64,000 bases of DNA from Paraphysomonas bandaiensis. Lineage: Eukaryota; Protista; Chrysophyceae. Location: assembly GCA_965644295.1 (NCBI GenBank), contig CBFFRP010000079.1:62001-126000 (forward strand), read 5' to 3'. Position 1 is the stretch's first letter; each line of letters begins with the position of its first letter. Below are positions 49,568-63,460 of this stretch, in pieces. The translations under genes and the position numbers were made by a program. The notes below the pieces were generated by a model. It saw only the letters and a list, made by a program, of their open reading frames with translations. It was not told where the DNA came from and ran no database searches.

Positions 49568-50588
49568 CTACCCTTTTCAGAGACACAAAGTAATAATAAT
49601 AAGACTTTATTGACATCACTCTCACACATTACACGAATATGATATACAGTCATGTAGCTGATGCAATCAGTTTCAACACTTATATCACAAATACTCCGAC
49701 ATGAAGAGATCGTGATATGATTTGATGAATATCTTCATACACCATCGTAATAATAGAGCCAAAACTTATATACAACAAGTGCGTATATGAGCATGCATTC
49801 AGATATTAGAAGAGCTTGTAGTAGGCTTGTACTACGAGACCAGTCATATCCATTATCTGTGTTTCATTCTTGTGATCGTTCATCAGTGACTCGACTCTTC
49901 GACTGTGAGTATCCACAGAGCTGAGGGTTCACACTCAGTCGAGTTGTTTTAAGAGATTTTCAGTTTTTATATATACAGCACCAGCAGCAGTTAGATATAG
50001 CGTAGTATTCTATATACAAGTCTAGAAGGAAAATACTTGTATAAGTAGGACCATATGTCCATATATGTACAATAGTATTGCTGCTCCTGCTGTATAGTGT
50101 GTATGACTGATTGGTGTATTTTCATTTATACAGTGTCTTTCTACACATAAAACTTCCAACCAATTTCTTGTGTGACTCAACTCACTCTATAGCTAGTTGA
50201 CTTATATAGTCATTCACTGTATTGAATTCCACTGACTTTACTTCTCATTCTTTAGTATAATTATACGTATATTTGAACATCTTATTCATATCACTTTCTT
50301 TACACTACTTTGTTCAACTTCATTCATTTCAACTTGAATTTCAAACTTTTTTACTTCATTAAACTTCCATATCCTTACTACACTAATCTACATATAACTT
50401 CCTTACTTCTATATTATATAACTTCAATTACTTTCTTATACTTCAATATAATTATCATACATATTATATATATATACATACATATTATACTTTCATTTTT
50501 ATACTTCAACTTCAATCTATAAAAACTTCTACTTCGTACTTCATCTACTTCTTCTACTTCTTACTTCGTACTTTTATGATAGTATAGT

Positions 50589-52338
50589 ATGGGTGGGATA
50601 GTATCAATACATACAAAGAATCATCTATATGAGGATGATGTACCTATAGATATAGCATGTTATATAGAGGAATATACACTATTAGGATTGAAATATACAC
50701 ATATCATTCAATTCTATACTATATTTCATCAGATATGTCTTGAGAATCAATGTGTGTCATCTATCCCTATACATGATCTTTTAATTCATTATTTTTTAGT
50801 TGAATATAATTCATTTACATCATTAATATTCACTAGTTTTGATGTAGATATTTATACAAATACAGACATTGATTTTGCAAGATTTATACAAGCAATATGG
50901 AATTATTGTACATTAGATGAGACTGGAATATGTGCTTGTGTATTTAATTTATATGATCGGCTTGATGAGGGATATATACATAAGAAAGATGTGTGTCGGA
51001 TGATACAAGAGTTATATGGATCAGACTATAAGATATGTGAAGAGGCAAGAATGTAAGTATTATGAGTGATATGTGAATGATATGAGGGTGTTAGGAGAGT
51101 GATCTGAGTATGCTATGAGTATTATGAGTGTTATATACCTGTGTTATGGGTGTTATATGAGTGATATGTGTGTTATATGAGGGTGATATGAGTATGCTAT
51201 GAGTGATATGAGTGTTATATGAATGTGCTATGAGTGATATGAGTGTTATATGAATGTGCTATGAGTGCTATATGGGTGATATGAGCGTGCTGTGAGTTTA
51301 TTATGATGAGTTATATTAGTGTAATATTGACTGATACTATCACAGTACTCAAAAGGAAATTGAAGAGAATCGTAGAAGACATATTGACTACGAGAACTTT
51401 GAAAAGCTCGCTGGTGCCTACCCTGCGCTACTGTATCCCGCGTTTGTGTATCAACATGTCTTAAGGAGTAAAGTGCTAGGTACTTTCTTGCCAGTGCAAT
51501 TCGTCATCTTGTGTGAATAATGCTTCTTTGTTGATAACGGTTTATGTCATCATAATGTGGCCTCTACTTGTTATAGGAGAGCGGTTTTGGAAGCCTTTGG
51601 AGACTGTGCGAGCACATCTAATGCCGTCAAAGCACATCAAGTATGTGCCGGTCCGTGTACTGTTGATGTCACGGACAGATCGACAAGCGATCAGAAGATA
51701 CGTTGAGAATAGGGAGCAAATAAGCGCCATGAAGATAGCTACACTGAGGTACTAGTTGTCACTCTACCCCTTGAATATTGCATGCGTATTAAGCATGAGT
51801 GTTACTTTTTCATAGTTTTGCTCGGCTCACTGTCATCTAATGCTTGTTTGTTGCAGAAGTATGAATAGTATGAAGCTTCCGTAAGTATTACATGTGGAAT
51901 TTTTGTTGCGCAATATACACTAATACCCTATCCCCTGAAATAATTTCACTATGCATCGCGATACCTTATGATGACGGTGACTCTATTTTCTCTTATTTTT
52001 CTTTTGCAGTCGTGATAGAAGAGGTAGTCAATCTGATGTGGAAAGCAGCACGAACGCCCCTTCTTCACCGTCCACGCAGTCACGTAGACGGCATTCGAAT
52101 GTCGGAAAGCATATGGACATGCATGGTACTCTTTTGTCCTCCATGTACAGGTTAGTTTCACAAACATTAAAACCATCATTTGTGTTGTAATCAGGCGCTG
52201 TGATTTGATTCCTGCAGAGATATAAAGCGTAGTTTGTCTGGTGCGGAGTTGAATCAACCATTTAACCTTCAACCGTCCCGCTTTAGATTTTCAGGTGACA
52301 AAGCGATATCGGAGTCAAGAGAAAGGTGTTATTCGTGA
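50589..52338 (+). CDS. EF-hand (calcineurin-B/recoverin-like) protein; 3' exon structure uncertain
   Basis: MG start (possible myristoylation), IDFARFIQAIWNYCT, FNLYDRLDEGYIHKKDV, and later exons YPALLYPAF..Q..LR.KVLGERFW. The first intron holds a degenerate TATGAG repeat (about 51058-51310). Confidence 0.7.
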
Positions 52339-52799
52339 ATTCTTCTCCAAATTCTAACCTAAATGAACACGCAGTAATGATAACTCCAGTGTGGACGCGA
52401 AGGAACCGACATCACGTAGACCGGATAACTACATGTAGGGTGCACCCAGTAGTGGTTTTGCTGTTCTGATGTTGTTTTCTTAGTTGGCTGTCGAAAGTAT
52501 TCACCCAATTGCGGTATTCCCTTTTGTCAAATACAAGTGTCGTCGGTGGGAGTACCAGCTCTACAAAGGTAAAGAAGCTGAAGAGTGTCCCTGTACTAGT
52601 TAGTCCGAAAGAAGGTTAATTCCTATACTCGCTGCTTTTAGCTGTCTACAGTTTTGATTTGAATTTATAGAAAACTGATAGTGTATAATATAGAGATTGC
52701 ATAACGTCATGAATAGAGTATTGTACAGGGAATATGTACCTAGTATATAATATATAATGGTAAGGGTACCTGTTGCAGATTTAGCATACCAAGTCATTT

Positions 52800-53244
52800 G
52801 GGAGTCAGAACTAATTTATAATTTAGCATTGCAATTTAACAAACTAGTGCTTAACTCTGATATCCTACAATTTTGCGCTATGAAAGCTGCTTGTTCGTCA
52901 CCGCAAGCACCAAGCTGCAACCTCTATCACTCAAACTAAACGCAGTGAGCAAGCGGAATGCTGATATTCTTGGCACCTGCTGACTTCAGGAGGCAGTCCA
53001 ATACCCCAGTTACCCTTCAGGTGGGTCCAATACCCCTGATGTCTGTTTACTCGTCAAGGCCCAAAGGCGTCTACACAAGAGACACTTATTAGTGTCCCTT
53101 GTACAACTCAAGCATTTGGCTATGAGTGAGAAGAAAATTATAGGCTGACTATATATGCGGCTCACATTAGTTTCCCAGAGAAACATTTCCGGCACTTATC
53201 CCCCAGAACACCATGAAATGGTACGAGTCCGACATCTTTGAGGG
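52800..53244 (-). mobile_element. Inverted copy of SINE-like family A
   Basis: The reverse complement aligns with 42096-42490 over about 400 bp and with the 21361-21603 subtype at its 3' end. Confidence 0.8.
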
Positions 53245-54586
53245 AGCTTTATTCATATACACTGCAAACGTTAAATAAGAATGTATGAGTAAAAGTATAC
53301 ATACGTTTCATGAATGACATGTTCGCTATTAAAATATCCTCATTTTGTTTTAAAATAATGTGTTTTGACCTGAATTGGGCTCAACATAACGCTCGTATCA
53401 GCACCGGGTATATAAAAAGACATTCAACTTCAACACTCGGTTCGAACAGACACTATCTTCTTCTATATTAATTTAGATAATGGCAGTCATTTAAATTGAC
53501 TTTATCATAACACATATATTAGGGAAAGCTCAATAATGAGCGAACAATCAAAAGAGGATAATCTAACACTCCACCCTTCGTCTGATGTAGATCATGAATG
53601 ATGTCACTGGAATTGATCTATCTTTATCGCCGGTACTTTTGAAAATACTTTTGTTGAAGAGTGAGTTCAAAAGCTACAATTGATGCTGAACGTGATTTGG
53701 GGCATTGGCACCCAATCCTTTCAGAGTAAGGGTCACGCCGTATATATCAGGATTATGTGTCTCATATCATGGTGCATGCACCATTTGAGCCATCTGCACT
53801 GGCAGGTGTTAAGCGTGATGATAACAAGTAGAAACAAGAAGCCTCGTGCGACTATTATTTAAAAATTTACGACTTTCAATAGTTTTGAACCTACAGTTTT
53901 GAACAATTGTCTTGCTCTAGGAAGCCACAGGCACTTTTTAAGAAAACTTTGGAATTTATTTAATTTAGCACAGTTGCTACTCCCTTATGTAGATACAATT
54001 GAGTTGTTGACAACGTACACAATGAACTTTTCTATTAATCAGGGAATAGCTATTTTCTCTCTGCCAGCAAGCTATAATCATTAAACATGATATTATCCGT
54101 ATACTAAACAGTAGATTTTCAAGATCATAGGGGTATGCTACAATAAAATTCAGAGAATAGGAGTATAGTCCCTTGAAATTATAAATATAACTTGAGTATC
54201 CTTGAATCCCAGAATCATGTATCAAAAGAGCTGACTTGGCATTATATTCGCTAAATACAGTATTTTCCACATGCACATACTTTCCAACCCGAATTATAGA
54301 ACTTTAATTATTTTAACGTAACTTATGCCACATATACAATGTACGATAACAAAAAATATGTTTATTTAGAGTCTATTATATTACATAAAATGATTTTAAT
54401 ATGATAGCGCAGTTTTAGTATGTACTTCTATGGATGATAATTTAGCTTAACAATACAAGACTGTAATCATGGCAGCAAAAATGACAAGTAAGAAGAATTA
54501 AATATGTGGTCAGATTAGTACTTCAGTAGCACATATTCTGCAAGTCCTGGACTGTATATACCCTATATATACAAAAGCATTTAGAT

Positions 54587-57500
54587 TCAATTCACAAACA
54601 GTTCATAAGGAGACCTGCCACCGACATTGTAGCCTACAGTAGATGTGTACAACGTCAGAGCCTCGTGCATGGTGCATTTGTACTCCAAACTATGTATTAC
54701 TGATTTAAATCGGTTATATATTCTCATAAATCGGTATACCTGATATGCATCGTCAGGATATTGAGAATTTGGGAGTATACTTGCTTTTGACACACACTTT
54801 CACCATCATCTTGCTCACTCAAGAAGGTTACAATTAACTGTCACATAATATGTTTACGGGATAGGCACAGAGCATTGTGATATCACCGTTTGCAGAATAA
54901 TGGACTTCGTGGCAGCAGTCTTATATACGCTTGCAGCCCCATCCATATCCCTTACAGTAACAGCTTTCTCCATAGCACTGTACATAGGATAATACTTTGA
55001 AAAATCATCAACAAATAAGCGTGCGATTACGTTTTGAGAGATGCCAAGGCTGACAGAATGCTATAGAAATATATTACTTAAAATCGATATCAAGTGAAAC
55101 GCTTACTCATTTGGGTCCGATATTTCAGCTCCACGGTGGGTTTTCATGCCGTTTAGAACAGCGACATTCTTTCTCGTAGCTATCATTTCTCGCATCGGAT
55201 TCGAAGATTCTAAAGTACAAAGCAGTTAATATAGTACACATCAAAACTGACAAGAATATATTATATACCGCTACAAGGTCCAGATTCAGAGCCGGTAAGA
55301 AACGAAGCCCAGAATGGCTGCAAAGTCGGCGAGGGGGTCTCATTTTTTTTTGAAGTGCTGTTAACATGTCAGACATAGGTAGTATATGCCTTAAGTACTT
55401 GTGACTTACGGTAAGAATACACTACTCTCATAATAGGGACCCAGTTTCCTGGATGTGCTCACTTTAGAATTAGACGTCTTCTGTCCTGTATCCTCATCGT
55501 CTAAAGCGTTCAGTATATACGTATTAATATGCATAATGATGTACAACTTAGGCATACCTGAGTCTTCGTCATCCGAATCCACGTAACCGCCATCAACTTT
55601 AGCTACTGACACCAAATCTACCATATCAGCACACACGGTAAAAAAACGTAAGTCATCATAATACCATATACTACCATGAGTCATTTTTGTCAGTACGCTT
55701 TCTGCCTTAATTCCACGCAGCTTTCCATCTCTAATCTGCAATGCAAAAGCTATCAAAGTTTGTTTGCACAGGATTCGTGTCTCCTACTCTCAGCATTATC
55801 AGTGCTAACGCTTTGGTCGCAGCTTCCAGCTGCACATAGATACGCATTATATATTTGCAACATGTCAATGGTTTAACTGACCTCTTGGACAGTATATTCC
55901 TCTTTCGGTGGCACTCTTCCAGTGGCCTGAGGTAAATATGAAAAGTGTCAGTATAGCGCGGTAAAGTCTATTACTAAAAGTGACCTGAAGGTATATATAT
56001 AGCACAGGTAGGCACATCAACATCAAAATTGGCACCATAGTCGCTGCATTACCACTGGCGATGCCGAGGCTATTGAATGCAGCATCGCTCCACTGTTACC
56101 GCACAATATTAGCGACGACAGGTTCTCATATATATAGTCTCAAATAATGCAGCATGACATACTTTTGCAGTACAGGAGTAATATTGTTCTTCGAGTGTCG
56201 TAGGGGGAGAAGTTACAAGTTTATTCCTAGCATATACCGCCCGTGTTATTGATATCATATGTTAATCACAATATGGGTACCAGTTTTCTATCGTAAAACT
56301 ATCTGTACAAGCCGGCTCGGTAAGCTGATAGTGAAAATCAGAGACACTCTTCAAGCCGTCATCGTAGATATTGAACATAAGAATTGAACATATGCCGAAT
56401 GATGTATTACAGAACTCATATGCAGTTTCTCTTTGGCTTTCAGTTAAGTATTGATACACAAACGGGTCTAATGAGACGTTGTACGCCATATCCGCTATCA
56501 TAAATGGCTCACTGGTCATTATGAACTCTACCATAGGAGTTAATTCATCAGTGTTGAAGAACAGCATTCCTAGTAAAAAGTCGTAAATGTTGCAGTAGCT
56601 GTTTTTATCGATCCCGTTAGCGCTATAATACCATTGTTAAAATTGGCTTAATAATCAACGGTGTATAACCTACCAGTAACATTTGACAGGTACAGCACTC
56701 GAAAAGGTCTCGAAATCACCAAAATGATTAAACAGCGGGTAAGTCAATATCTCTCCGACCTTTACCAGACAGAATGTTTTTGTCCCGATCGAGCCACAGT
56801 ATATGGGAGTCATATGTTCGTATCTATCATCGAAGTAAGATGCCATTTCAACAACAACTCCATTTTGAAGTGTGACGTTGTAATTGGATGACACCACTTG
56901 ATAGAGGGAGAAGAGATCAAGCATTCCCAGGTTTACCTAAGTAAATTGATCAAACACTTACAAACCACTAAAATATAAATAAACATTTTAGGTGGATTAA
57001 AAAGGCTTAGAACATACCGCATTAGCTGTCACTAAAGACCGCACATCCAGAACCACGTTAAATTCATCATAGTCGTAGTGGGCATCAAAACCTAAGAGTT
57101 CGGGTTCAATCGCAGACGTGCAGTTTTCACTCGTCATAAAATCAGCATATGAGTACTCAACGTACAGCTGTGCGTTAGAAACGTCGTAAGACGTCAATGT
57201 GCCTGACTCACATGTACCTTCCACAGATGCAACGTAGGCATCGAGGTAATCTCTGTTGAATACATCGGCAGGATTACCTGTAGAAAGTCAGAGACAATTG
57301 GTATATATCTAGACAACGTTCTGTCATTCGTACCAGTCATTTGAAATACATGTTGATCGCTCCATACCTCCCATGCCATCCAAACCATCAAATTGAAGGC
57401 TGCATCTTGAGTTTTCGCCACATTTCCCATGCGTTGCAGAGCTCCCTCTATATACCTCATCATTGACTTATATTCATCATCTGTGGCTTTGTAATTAAAG

Positions 57501-57892
57501 AGCTCTAAGCTATAAAGTGCATGGGAAAGAAGAAATCCATCGTCACCAGACCATACCCCATCTACTGTGCCGTACCATTTACCAGTATTCTCTTTCGGAA
57601 CCTTCTCACAGTTTCCATCATTAGCTTCTAATGATATAAAATGAGTCGATATCGCTGTTGAATATCCGGTATATATAAAATATACAAAACAAGTAGCTGA
57701 TAATACATATGCTAAACATCCAAATGTATACATATAGTTTGGTGGTAAATCTCTGATAGCATCTAATGGAATATTATCAATAAAAATTTCACGTAATTTT
57801 GATTGAATCCATTCTAAAAATGTTTTTTCTTCTTCAATTTGTTTTTCAACAAATGATTCATCAGCTTTTAATGTTTTTATACGTGGTGGCAT
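54587..57892 (-). CDS. Uncharacterised membrane protein: N-terminal TM, large Cys-containing loop, second TM, cytosolic tail; many exons, 3' end uncertain
   Basis: Start MPPRIK at 57892. TM1 MYTFGCLAYVLSATCFVYFIY; later hydrophobic segment LGIASGNAATMVPILMLMCLPVLYIYL. Successive ORF pieces are bounded by GT-AG. Confidence 0.65.
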
Positions 57893-58159
57893 GATTTGTG
57901 TATAGATAGAATGCAATTGCAGAGGTATGAAGGTTGTTATGTAAAGGGTTGATATGAGATAGAGAGAGAGTGTGATGCACTACCGATTGGTGTGAGAGAA
58001 GGAAATGCATGTCTATAGAGGATGGAGGAAGGAGGATGGAGGGGTATGGAGTGTACAGGCGGTGGGGGTGAAATTTACCATATGGCAAGATAAGATACTG
58101 TACATGTCCACATACATACACCCTATACAGAGTACCACATGCACACATGTACAGACACA

Positions 58160-58496
58160 TGTATGTATGTATGTATGTATGTATGTATGTATGTATGTAT
58201 GTATGTATGTATGTATGTATGTATGTATGTATGTATGTATGTATGTATGTATGTATGTATGTATGTATGTATGTATGTATGTATGTACAGACACATGTAT
58301 GTATGTATGTACAGTATGTATGTACAGACACATGTATGTATGTATGTATGTATGTATGTATGTATGTATGTATGTATGTATGTATGTATGTATGTATGTA
58401 TGTATGTATGTATGTATGTATGTATGTATGTATGTATGTATGTATGTATGTATGTATGTACATGTATGTATGTATGTATGTATGTATGTATGTATG

Positions 58497-58530
<34 letters not shown>

Positions 58531-58584
58531 TGTATGTATGTATGTATGTATGTATGTATGTATGTATGTATGTATGTATGTATG
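58160..58584. repeat. (TATG)n microsatellite with interruptions
   Basis: Visible tract between divergent genes. Confidence 0.98.
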
Positions 58585-58826
58585 TGTGTGTGTAGGTATA
58601 GCAGCAGTACGTATGTAGGTAGGTAGGTATCTATCCGTATTTCAGGGCGGATGAAGATACGTGATTCATGTATATATATATCTCTATGTCTATGTGTATC
58701 TCTATGTACATGTCGCTCTAGGTGTGTACAGTAGTATATACACATAGGAATATAGTCTCCTCTCTCTATATATACATACACACATACTTTAACAAGAAGA
58801 TATGATCATATAACACAATCATACAC

Positions 58827-60351
58827 ATGGGTCACGGTATTAGTACATTAACAATCTCACAACAAGTTGAATTAACAAAACAAATGCGTATAACATACAA
58901 TACATGTATATCTAACCACATGAATCCAGAGGACCTTAATAAGGCTCTATGTATGAGATATATGGATATATTGTCATCTATACAAGCATCTAATAAGAAA
59001 AAAACTTCAATAAATTTACATAAAAATGAAAAAATAAATAAAAGAATTATAAGAAGACGTTCATTTGAATCTTCTAAAGATACGAAGAAAACCTCAATGA
59101 AACCATCTCATAATACACACACACGTAACTCCAGTCATAATACCAGTCATAACTCCAGTCATAATAGAAGTTATAATAAATCTAATAGTAGTCATAATAA
59201 TGAGAAAAAAGGAAATCATTCATTAGTGAAATCGACATCTTCTCCTGTGATGAGTCCTCAATTAGGAGGGAATGAGAATGTGGAGGAAGACCATATTGCC
59301 GAAGAAGGTGTGTACATGTATTGCTATATGTATATATGCATGTATAGTCATTAGAGTTCATGTAGATAACTGGGAATCTGTAAAGACTCAACCAGTATGT
59401 GTTGTATGTGGGATAGTATTTTCCACAGAAACTGCATTAGAAAAGCACGTTAAATATTCGGTAAGTGTTATTCGTACAATTTGGTTTATCTGAGGAGAAT
59501 ATGCTAAGGATGTACATGCTGCCAATGTCGCCAAGCTTGCGGCATCCGATGGAAACAAGGTTGAGGACGTCGGATCAGAGCCGAGGGAACCAACCACCCG
59601 ATGTAAGGTGATGTACACTGGGAGCAAGTTTTTCTGGCGGACTGGTGACCACATTGATTTGCACATTTATCTTCATCTGGCACCCAACTGTATCGAAGTG
59701 ATTGCGTATGATGAAAAAGCGGATATCGAGCTTCCCCGGCTGTACCTTAAAGCAGAAGTACTTGCAGCCGGTGTTAATGAGGCTGCAATTCAAGCCAAGC
59801 TTAAGGAGTACAGGGCCAAGGCTACTATTCCTAAGAATTATGGGGGGAAGGTAGATATGCTTCCTGACCACGTGTTGCTGGAGGAGGAACGCCGCCAGGC
59901 TATGGCATCACATATACTAGGAAAGATACAAGTATCTGTGAGTTCAAATGGTGCAGGGGCTGATGTGAAGACCCTCTCTTATGCAGACAACCGGACATCT
60001 CCTGCCCTATTGCCAAGCAAACCCGATGACGTCATACCGGTAAGCGTGGCGCGACGACGGCAATCCTCTGATGCAGAAATACGCGCCTCGTTTGATCGGT
60101 TGGACAGTATGCAATCTGATGTACGTGAGATTACAGCCCGTGCTGAACGTATATTGCAGCTTCTGAATGGTAGCGTCAAAACGTTTGCAGATGCAACTAA
60201 GCTGAAGCGACAACTATCGAACGAAAATCTCCCGAGGCGACGGTGGAAGATGGCTATCCACAAAGTTATTCTACAAAATGAAGTGAAGCGAGTTACTGAG
60301 CATCTGCTCAGTTTTGGAGATAAATTCTATATACCTCCAACAGATGTATGA
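58827..60351 (+). CDS. Protein with a single C2H2 zinc finger and an unknown C-terminal domain; 3 exons
   Basis: CVVCGIVFSTETALEKHVKYS|DVH across an intron; long terminal exon ending at 60351. Confidence 0.75.
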
Positions 60352-61252
60352 CTCCGCAATTTGTGCGTCGTCGACTTGTATTCCTTGTATACGGTATATA
60401 CATGCTGACATTTGGATTGATAACAATTTTATTAACATTCATTATATGATATTCTTTGTACTGTTTATGATTTCAAACTTCAACTTATCTGTACTCTTCT
60501 TGATTGTGAAAGGAAATATACATTTGTATGTAGAGGGTAAGCGTGGGGAGTTTGTTGATATTTGATCACTGTTACTATTGAGCTGAAATAATTATTTTTT
60601 ACTGGATTTATTTGTTTATATCGATTGTTGACGTATTATATATGCTATATGCAGAGTAAACGACTAACGACGACTTGGTTTGAGTTCCTACCGTTTTCAC
60701 TAGTTTGTACATATCACCTTTATTCCTAAGTCGGGGTTGTGTGCAGTTTGTTAATTGTTAATCTTACAAGCTTCTGAAAAGTGATCTACTTGTTATCTTT
60801 GTAATAATTAGCATACTGCGTATTCACTCCAGCTGAACTACTTCAGGTAGATTTATATTTCTTCAATAAGTTTCGTTGGTCAACAACATACGCTTAAGCA
60901 TTCATTCTAAGTATATTTTATTCAGCATGTACTATTTCGTCACAAATAGCTACTAACACCTATAATGGGCCTCAAAGTTAAGCCCAAAGCAATTAGCATC
61001 AAGTAATCACATGATAATGGGGACGCATGTAATCATATTCATAATTGTATTAATTAATAAAGCAGTGAAGTAGTATATCATAATATTGGTATCAGGAGAA
61101 AAACTAGACTGTTCAATATCACACTTCAGTCTTGATTAACAATGAATAAAAAAAATCACATAAAATAAAAAAACTGTCTTCGTAAAAATCACACGGTGAA
61201 ACCAGATGCGCTACTGAGGGTCACCAGTACTAATTGTGAGCGGTCTAGCATT

Positions 61253-62409
61253 TCACTCTGTGAATGTTATTTGGACAGGGGGATAGCCCTGGAACCAGGG
61301 TACATTATTCAGAGTGCGGTTTACTTCGTCGATCTGGTGAGTGGTGATAAACATGCGAACATAACCACAGCCATCGTGCAAGGCTCCATCAGGCCGTCCC
61401 GTCAAGCGCAAGTTGAGCTCAGCTCCAACCACGTAGCCGTACGGAGAAAACGTATCGTACAGAACACGTATAGTGGTAAAGGAAGGAAGTCCCCTTATAT
61501 ACATAGAGACTTCCCTCTGTCCGGTGGCGAGAGTCATTGCGCGCGGTGAGGCTGGATCCACAAAGAATGGAGTGGGATGCGTAGGAGAAACTGCAGGTAT
61601 GGTCATATGCGGGGTTGGAATAAAGGGAACAGAAACGCTGACAGCATGCATCGGATAAGCTGGGGGAGCGAAGGTCCATGGTCGACCGGAAACTGGACTC
61701 AGAGCTGCTGGTAGACCTTCCAGTGGCACTTCTGGAATTTCCACACTTGCTATAGACATCATCGTATTTCCAGCTGACGGGGGAGGGCGTGCATAGTTGA
61801 CAGATATCCCCACTGCTGCACCGGGAAGTACCACCCCCTGCATACGTTGGAGGGCCGTCTGGCACTCCGAAGCAAGATTATACTCAATGAAAGCGACTCC
61901 TCTGGAGGTGATTCGGTCAGCCTCGAGAAGAAGTCGACATTCTATAATATCACCGTACTATGGCGTAGCAGAGCGTAACAGCAAGTAAAATAGGAATCAT
62001 AAGTACTACCTCAGAAAATACTTTTCGGACTTCCTCTTCAGAATAGGATTTCGGCAGTTGGGAAACATGCAGCTTTCTATTTTGGATATCTTCCGGTTTA
62101 CGTCTTGCTAAACTAACTTTCAGTTGTTTATTGCCTAATTCTAATCCATTTTTTGCTGATATCGCAGCTGCTGCATCATCAGCACAACTATATTTTACAA
62201 ATCCATATGTTAAACTTTCTCCTGTTTCTTTATTTCTTGCAACTTTAGCTTGTATAATCTCTCCATGTTCAGCAAACATATTCTATTATATACATACATA
62301 TACATCTATTAAACTAGTATTCATAACAGTATATATGGACCCTTACCCTTAAGCCTGCATCATCAATGTATCTTGGTAGATAATTAATAATAAGATTACA
62401 TTGATCCAT
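61253..62409 (-). CDS. ELAV/Sxl-like RNA-binding protein with three RRMs; 3 exons
   Basis: NLIINYLP...GESLTYGFVKY...A..AI...NG....KQLKVSLAR (RRM1), LHVSQLP (RRM2), MYIRGLP..GYVRM (RRM3). Confidence 0.85.
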
Positions 62410-63061
62410 GATGATAATCTACAGATATATATATATATAGAGGTGTGTGTGTGTGTATGGAGTTATCTATAGGATTATATGATAGAATAGATAGTTTAAA
62501 CACCTTCCCTCTTATTCAGTTATATCCTAATAAACTTTGTATAGGATGATAATGAATGAAGTGTTCCTTCTATTATTAAAGGAGTTGTAAGGTATGTGAT
62601 TACATGAGATGGTGTGTATATATCAACAACAATGAATACTAAGAAGGGGTCCGTATGTATATATGTACTGCTGGATATTAATGAGAGATGTTGTTAGGTA
62701 CGATCATTGAAGGTATATGATTGGTTTAAAAATCATGGATTTCTTGAAGAAATTAATTAAGATGAAATTATCGAACATTCTTTTATTGCAGTTACAAATT
62801 ACGTACGATGTAATATCTTCAAATGAATTTTATAACGTTTTTTCTTATAGAAAATCTAGTTTTTAGGAATTATCATGCCTACTTCTTGTGAAGAGTATGT
62901 ATAATAAGTGTCGAAAAGAGAAAAAATCCGGCGTTTTCAGTTATATTCCGTTTTTGATAATCAATAGAACGAAAAAAGGGTGATTTTACACCAATCTATA
63001 TTGTAGTCATTAAACCCCTTATTTGTATACATGTACATCTATGCTGTACTGTGGGTAGAGG

Positions 63062-63310
63062 TATGTATGTATGTATGTATGTATGTATGTATGTATGTAT
63101 GTATGTATGTATGTATGTATGTATGTATGTATGTATGTATGTATGTATGTATGTATGTATGTATGTATGTATGTATGTATGTAGGTATGTATGTATGTAT
63201 GTATGTATGTATGTATGTATGTATGTATGTATGTAGGTATGTATGTATGTATGTATGTATGTATGTATGTAGGTATGTATGTATGTATGTATGTATGTAT
63301 GTATGTATGT
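63062..63310. repeat. (TATG)n microsatellite
   Basis: Visible tract between divergent genes. Confidence 0.98.
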
Positions 63311-63460
63311 ACGTACGTTTGATAGGAACATATTCTTGCCTCTCTGTGTATGTATGATATGAGTATCTGTTCTATTGTATGATGTGTATGGGTATTCCTA
63401 GTGCCATATATCTGTATCTTAAAGGCATAATTCACTTCCAATCATAACATTATCAACACA

